Positions 60,588 through 64,000 of a stretch of DNA of 64,000 bases are shown one piece after another. A model generated the notes under the pieces. It ran no database searches. It worked only from the letters and a program-made list of their open reading frames with translations, and was not told the origin of the DNA. The position numbers and the translations under genes were made by a program. Location of the stretch: NCBI GenBank assembly GCA_040879645.1, contig JBBDJY010000006.1, positions 94,240 to 158,239 on the forward strand, in the 5' to 3' direction. The stretch's first letter is position 1; every line of letters starts with the position of its first letter. The DNA comes from Minisyncoccota bacterium. Its GTDB lineage: Bacteria; Patescibacteriota; Minisyncoccia; Phycocordibacterales; XYD1-FULL-46-19.

Positions 60588-61067
60588 TCAGGTGCAATTG
60601 ACAGTGCCATTGCAATCGTAGTCAGGGGAGCAATCTAACCCACAGCCAACTCGCCCAGATATAGCTCCTTCCTTCGCCCATCCCCAATTGTCAGAGATGA
60701 GAACAGGATCAAGATGTTTCTTGACAGCCTTAATGGTCCGAAGGATACAATCACGGTCTGATACCGAGTCACGTTCTGTCTTAGGAACGTGGTGAATGAA
60801 AACACCAAATTCCCTCTGACAAAATTCTGCGTAGTCTCGCGTGAATAAAATGAAAGAATGCCACCCCTCATCAATAATTGAAGGCGGGGCAATGCTCTCA
60901 TTTTCTTGCTGAGTCAGCCACAGAAATGTTAAGGTATCCCTGAACAATTCCTCGGCTTCTTCCATTGGAAGGCAGAGGTTCCGTGAAAGACGGCTCACTA
61001 CTCCATGGTTATCGTAGTGAAGAACGTCTTCAAGAGAAGCCTTGTTCTCTGTTTGTTGCAAAGTCAT
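60588..61067 (-). CDS. Glycine-rich domain-containing (GRDP-like) protein with Cys-rich tail
   Basis: P..IDEGWHSFILFTRDY..FC...IHH-P; SD GAAAGGAGGTGA. Confidence 0.78.
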   Translation of the reverse strand: MTLQQTENKASLEDVLHYDNHGVVSRLSRNLCLPMEEAEELFRDTLTFLWLTQQENESIAPPSIIDEGWHSFILFTRDYAEFCQREFGVFIHHVPKTERDSVSDRDCILRTIKAVKKHLDPVLISDNWGWAKEGAISGRVGCGLDCSPDYDCNGTVNCT

Positions 61068-61146
61068 ATAATCACCTCCTTTCAAAGACCAAGTTTTTCT
61101 TTGGACCTATTTCCAAAGAATCTAATATCACCTTACTGAAAAAAAG

Positions 61147-61209
61147 AATTGTTGGCAATAGCCGACAAAATGACTTTGATTTTAGTCAAAAATATCCTTG
61201 GTTTGCAAT
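61147..61209. repeat. 63-bp promoter/operator repeat, copy 2
   Basis: Identical to 59808-59870. Confidence 0.9.
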
Positions 61210-61316
61210 ATCTTTCGATTTCAGGTGGAAATTTTGCCGATTTTGTTGGGGAGATTAAACAATCCATTCGTCGCCAAAATATGCAATGGATATTGTTTGT
61301 GAGATAATAAATATCT

Positions 61317-62198
61317 ATGAGATTAGATATCATTGTCAATAAACAGGCAAATTTCTATTTTTTTGCCCAAAATCTTTCCGAATGGCATTTCAGTAATCGA
61401 AAAGATTACAATACTTTATGGCGTAAAGAATTAGGAAAATTTTCAGATGATGAAGAATTAGCCATTAAACATCTAAAAAAGATTCATCTGCGGTATTCGT
61501 TTGGTAAATCATATTTAGGACGTCACTTTTTTCTTGAAGAAAATCCTTGGTTTTTTTTAAAGACGAGAATGGCTCAAGAAGACTTTATTACACTTAAAAA
61601 TATTTTCTCTTTATTGGAAGATAAGTTTAATCTTTTTTGGAGTAAAGAAGCGCCATTGCTTTTAGCGTGGCAAAAAGAATTAGCCAATAAAGCAGATGAT
61701 CACCTAATGATAGAAAATATCATTGAATTACTGAAAATAATTTTCAATACTAATCCTTCAACGTCTGAAGTGGCGATAAACCTATTGCCGTCTTCCCCTG
61801 TCCATACCGGAGGCGGAGCAAATATTGACAGTAAAAATATAACTTTAGAAATTTCTCGATACCCCAAGCAAGGCACCAATCACGCTATGAGTCTTATTTG
61901 GCATGAAATTATCCATCTATGTTTCCAAGAACAGTATTTCTCCGCGCTAGTGTCAGAAAAATTGCCAAACGATAGACAAAAAGCTGATTTGATAAATGAA
62001 ATTGCTATCAGGTCTTTATTTCCTAGGGGTATTTTAGGGATAAGATTATTCAAAGAGGAGTCTAGGCGTAAATTAATAGAAGAAACTAATCCGGAACAAA
62101 CAGTTAAAATTATTGACCTGGCAAAAGAGTATGTGGACGATAAAAAGTCCTTTGATAATACATATATAGAGAAAATTTTGGAGATTTTAAAAATATAA
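61317..62198 (+). CDS. HExxH putative metallopeptidase
   Basis: GGGAN, WHEIIH, downstream NE. Confidence 0.65.
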   Translation: MRLDIIVNKQANFYFFAQNLSEWHFSNRKDYNTLWRKELGKFSDDEELAIKHLKKIHLRYSFGKSYLGRHFFLEENPWFFLKTRMAQEDFITLKNIFSLLEDKFNLFWSKEAPLLLAWQKELANKADDHLMIENIIELLKIIFNTNPSTSEVAINLLPSSPVHTGGGANIDSKNITLEISRYPKQGTNHAMSLIWHEIIHLCFQEQYFSALVSEKLPNDRQKADLINEIAIRSLFPRGILGIRLFKEESRRKLIEETNPEQTVKIIDLAKEYVDDKKSFDNTYIEKILEILKI

Positions 62199-62272
62199 AA
62201 AGTGGCCAGCTATGAAGTGTTTGGTCACATATTTGCCTAATATTTTTTGAGGTATATTATTAGCAGTAATTT

Positions 62273-62980
62273 ATGGAGAAAAAAGAGAAAAAACATATTA
62301 AATTAAAGACGGGAAAGGGAGATAAAACTATCGATGTTTTTTTTGGCACCGGATTTGTAAACAAAAAAACTATTGGAATGATTAAAATTGGGGTACAAAA
62401 AGCTTTCAAATTCTTTAATCAAGTTGAAAAAGTTAATTTCAGGATAGACCTTGTCTCATCTAGATCGGAATTTGACAAAAAAATCGGTTTTAAGACTGAG
62501 GATTGGTTTATTGGAAATTCATTTGGGAATAAGTTTATGATATTTAGTCCCGAGACGATAGAAAAAGAGACTAGTCATAAAAAAAATGAATTTATTCCCC
62601 TCATAGCGCATGAAACCGCCCACATTTTGCATAAAAAAATTAATCCTAATTTTAGTCACTGGATGAGTGAAGGTATTGCTCAAAATATTGCCGAGCAAAA
62701 AACAAAAAAAGATATAAAACCCGAGAACATAAAACATTTTTTAGAGCATAATTTATTCCAAAATTCTGATTATAGAGAGTTCATCTCTCATCAGGGTTAT
62801 GAAATTTCGAATAAATTGACCAAGTTTTTTATTGATCATTATAGTAAAAAACAAGTCATGGACTTATTGAAAATAAAATACAGTTCCTCACCTGTTGTGA
62901 TTGAAAAAAAGTTTTGTGATAGATTAAGAATCGACAAGAATCATTTGATTCTTGCGGTTAAAAATATCTTGAAGGATTAA
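62273..62980 (+). CDS. Peptidase MA-like metallopeptidase
   Basis: AHETAH...WMSEGIA. Confidence 0.75.
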   Translation: MEKKEKKHIKLKTGKGDKTIDVFFGTGFVNKKTIGMIKIGVQKAFKFFNQVEKVNFRIDLVSSRSEFDKKIGFKTEDWFIGNSFGNKFMIFSPETIEKETSHKKNEFIPLIAHETAHILHKKINPNFSHWMSEGIAQNIAEQKTKKDIKPENIKHFLEHNLFQNSDYREFISHQGYEISNKLTKFFIDHYSKKQVMDLLKIKYSSSPVVIEKKFCDRLRIDKNHLILAVKNILKD

Positions 62981-63046
62981 ATAAAAGGTCCGAGAGATTA
63001 CATCTCCCGGACCTGGTTCGTTCTGTCTGTCTACGGCTTGAAACAG

Positions 63047-63115
63047 CCGCCACCCAGGTCAATCAATTGACCGTCAGCTTTTAATAACTTCTCATTTTTT
63101 AAATAAAGGAATCAT
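63047..63115 (-). pseudogene. Frameshifted duplicate of the methyltransferase 5' end
   Basis: Matches 60409-60485 apart from an 8-nt deletion and one substitution. Confidence 0.85.
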
Positions 63116-63130
63116 TGATAAGATATATTT

Positions 63131-63724
63131 ATGAATAAGAGTATCGCTTACATTGGGGGGATGTTTGAAAGCAAGAAAGATAATCTTTTTTTAGATATTC
63201 AACAAAAACTTAGTGGTAAGTGTTATTTTATTGATATTTATCCGAACAACCAATTTGGTGCTTATTCTTTTTATACCGAAATAAAGAGAACAAGTAAACT
63301 CTTAGGAGAAATCCGGCCTGATTTAATTATCGCCCACAGTCTTGGTGCCTATATTGCGATGAATCTTAACATAAAGTGTCCACTCGTATTATTAGACCCA
63401 TCTTTAAGTGTTGACGATATAATTTTACCAAACATCAACGAAGGAAGGTATTTTGACGGAACGCATACCCTTAATTTGTCTCAAGAATTTTTAGAATCCT
63501 TGAAAACCTGCCCCTCGGTTGAAATATTATCAAAAAATTTGAAACATAATAATGTTTTTATCTTCGGGGCCGGCCAAGGCGGTTTTAAAATTGCCGAACG
63601 TTATCATAAACAAATTCATAATTCCAACTATTTTTTTCTCCCCAAAGCCGATCATGATTTTTCAAGGAAATCTGACCGGAAAAAAATACTAACCGTGATA
63701 CAAAAACAGCTCGGCTTTACTTAG
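63131..63724 (+). CDS. Alpha/beta hydrolase
   Basis: AHSLG nucleophile elbow, LLDPS, ADHDF. Confidence 0.8.
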   Translation: MNKSIAYIGGMFESKKDNLFLDIQQKLSGKCYFIDIYPNNQFGAYSFYTEIKRTSKLLGEIRPDLIIAHSLGAYIAMNLNIKCPLVLLDPSLSVDDIILPNINEGRYFDGTHTLNLSQEFLESLKTCPSVEILSKNLKHNNVFIFGAGQGGFKIAERYHKQIHNSNYFFLPKADHDFSRKSDRKKILTVIQKQLGFT

Positions 63725-63900
63725 CCGAGCTGTGAAGCATGTACTGACACAGAGTCTGAGTGATGGGTAAATCAGTAAGCTCTTCAATCCAAATCCAGTG
63801 CCCTTTGTTTTGTAGTCTATTGCCGAAACAAACTGCATTTTCCCTAAAATTTGAGTAGGGGTCAAAAAGTGGTAAAATTGATTAAACTTTAAGATATTTC

Positions 63901-64000
63901 ATGTCTATAGATATTACCGTAAAAATAGATAACAAAAGAGATCTTTCATTAATCAAAGATTTTTTCTTTAAAACGTCAACTCATCATTTCAAAGAGAGAA
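63901..64000 (+). CDS. Hypothetical protein, 3'-truncated by window edge
   Basis: ATG at 63901, frame open to the end. Confidence 0.4.
   Translation, partial: MSIDITVKIDNKRDLSLIKDFFFKTSTHHFKER

Noticed and set aside
63689-63838. 49-aa minus-strand ORF before an orphan hairpin
   Set aside because: Weak RBS, runs through the hairpin and overlaps the hydrolase end
45137-64000. Prophage or integron
   Set aside because: No integrase, phage structural genes or attC-like GTTRRRY sites recognised

Overview
64 kb of a Patescibacteria (CPR, Parcubacteria-like) chromosome, code 11. The lineage call rests on gene content, short intergenic spacers, CPR-type palindromic repeats and many apparently leaderless genes. 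Positions 1-45 kb are mostly core genes: typA, DEAD helicase, ppsA, a glycerate-kinase/enolase operon, obgE, a GT4-GH57-GH15 alpha-glucan cluster, rmuC, rplU, recR, dnaB, cysS, ctpA, rplI, rpmA, gltX, murG-ftsW-mraY, scpAB, aspS and trpS. This part also holds several promoter- or terminator-flanked structured ncRNA candidates and a GC-rich orphan gene that looks like a DGR target. Positions 45-64 kb are accessory. The best candidate for a new system is an AT-rich six-gene operon at 51.6-58.0 kb (minus strand): chorismate-lyase-like, aryl-CoA ligase, ThiF adenylase, LuxI/FeeM-like acyltransferase, nitroreductase and a 7TM sensor histidine kinase. It reads as a small-molecule signal synthesis and sensing (quorum-sensing-like) module, possibly making an aroyl-amide or aroyl-oxazolone. 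Around it are repeated promoter/operator modules and a conserved 5' leader motif that drive small orphan genes, including an unannotated 22-aa Gly-rich peptide. All functional calls come from motif recognition by eye; no searches were run.
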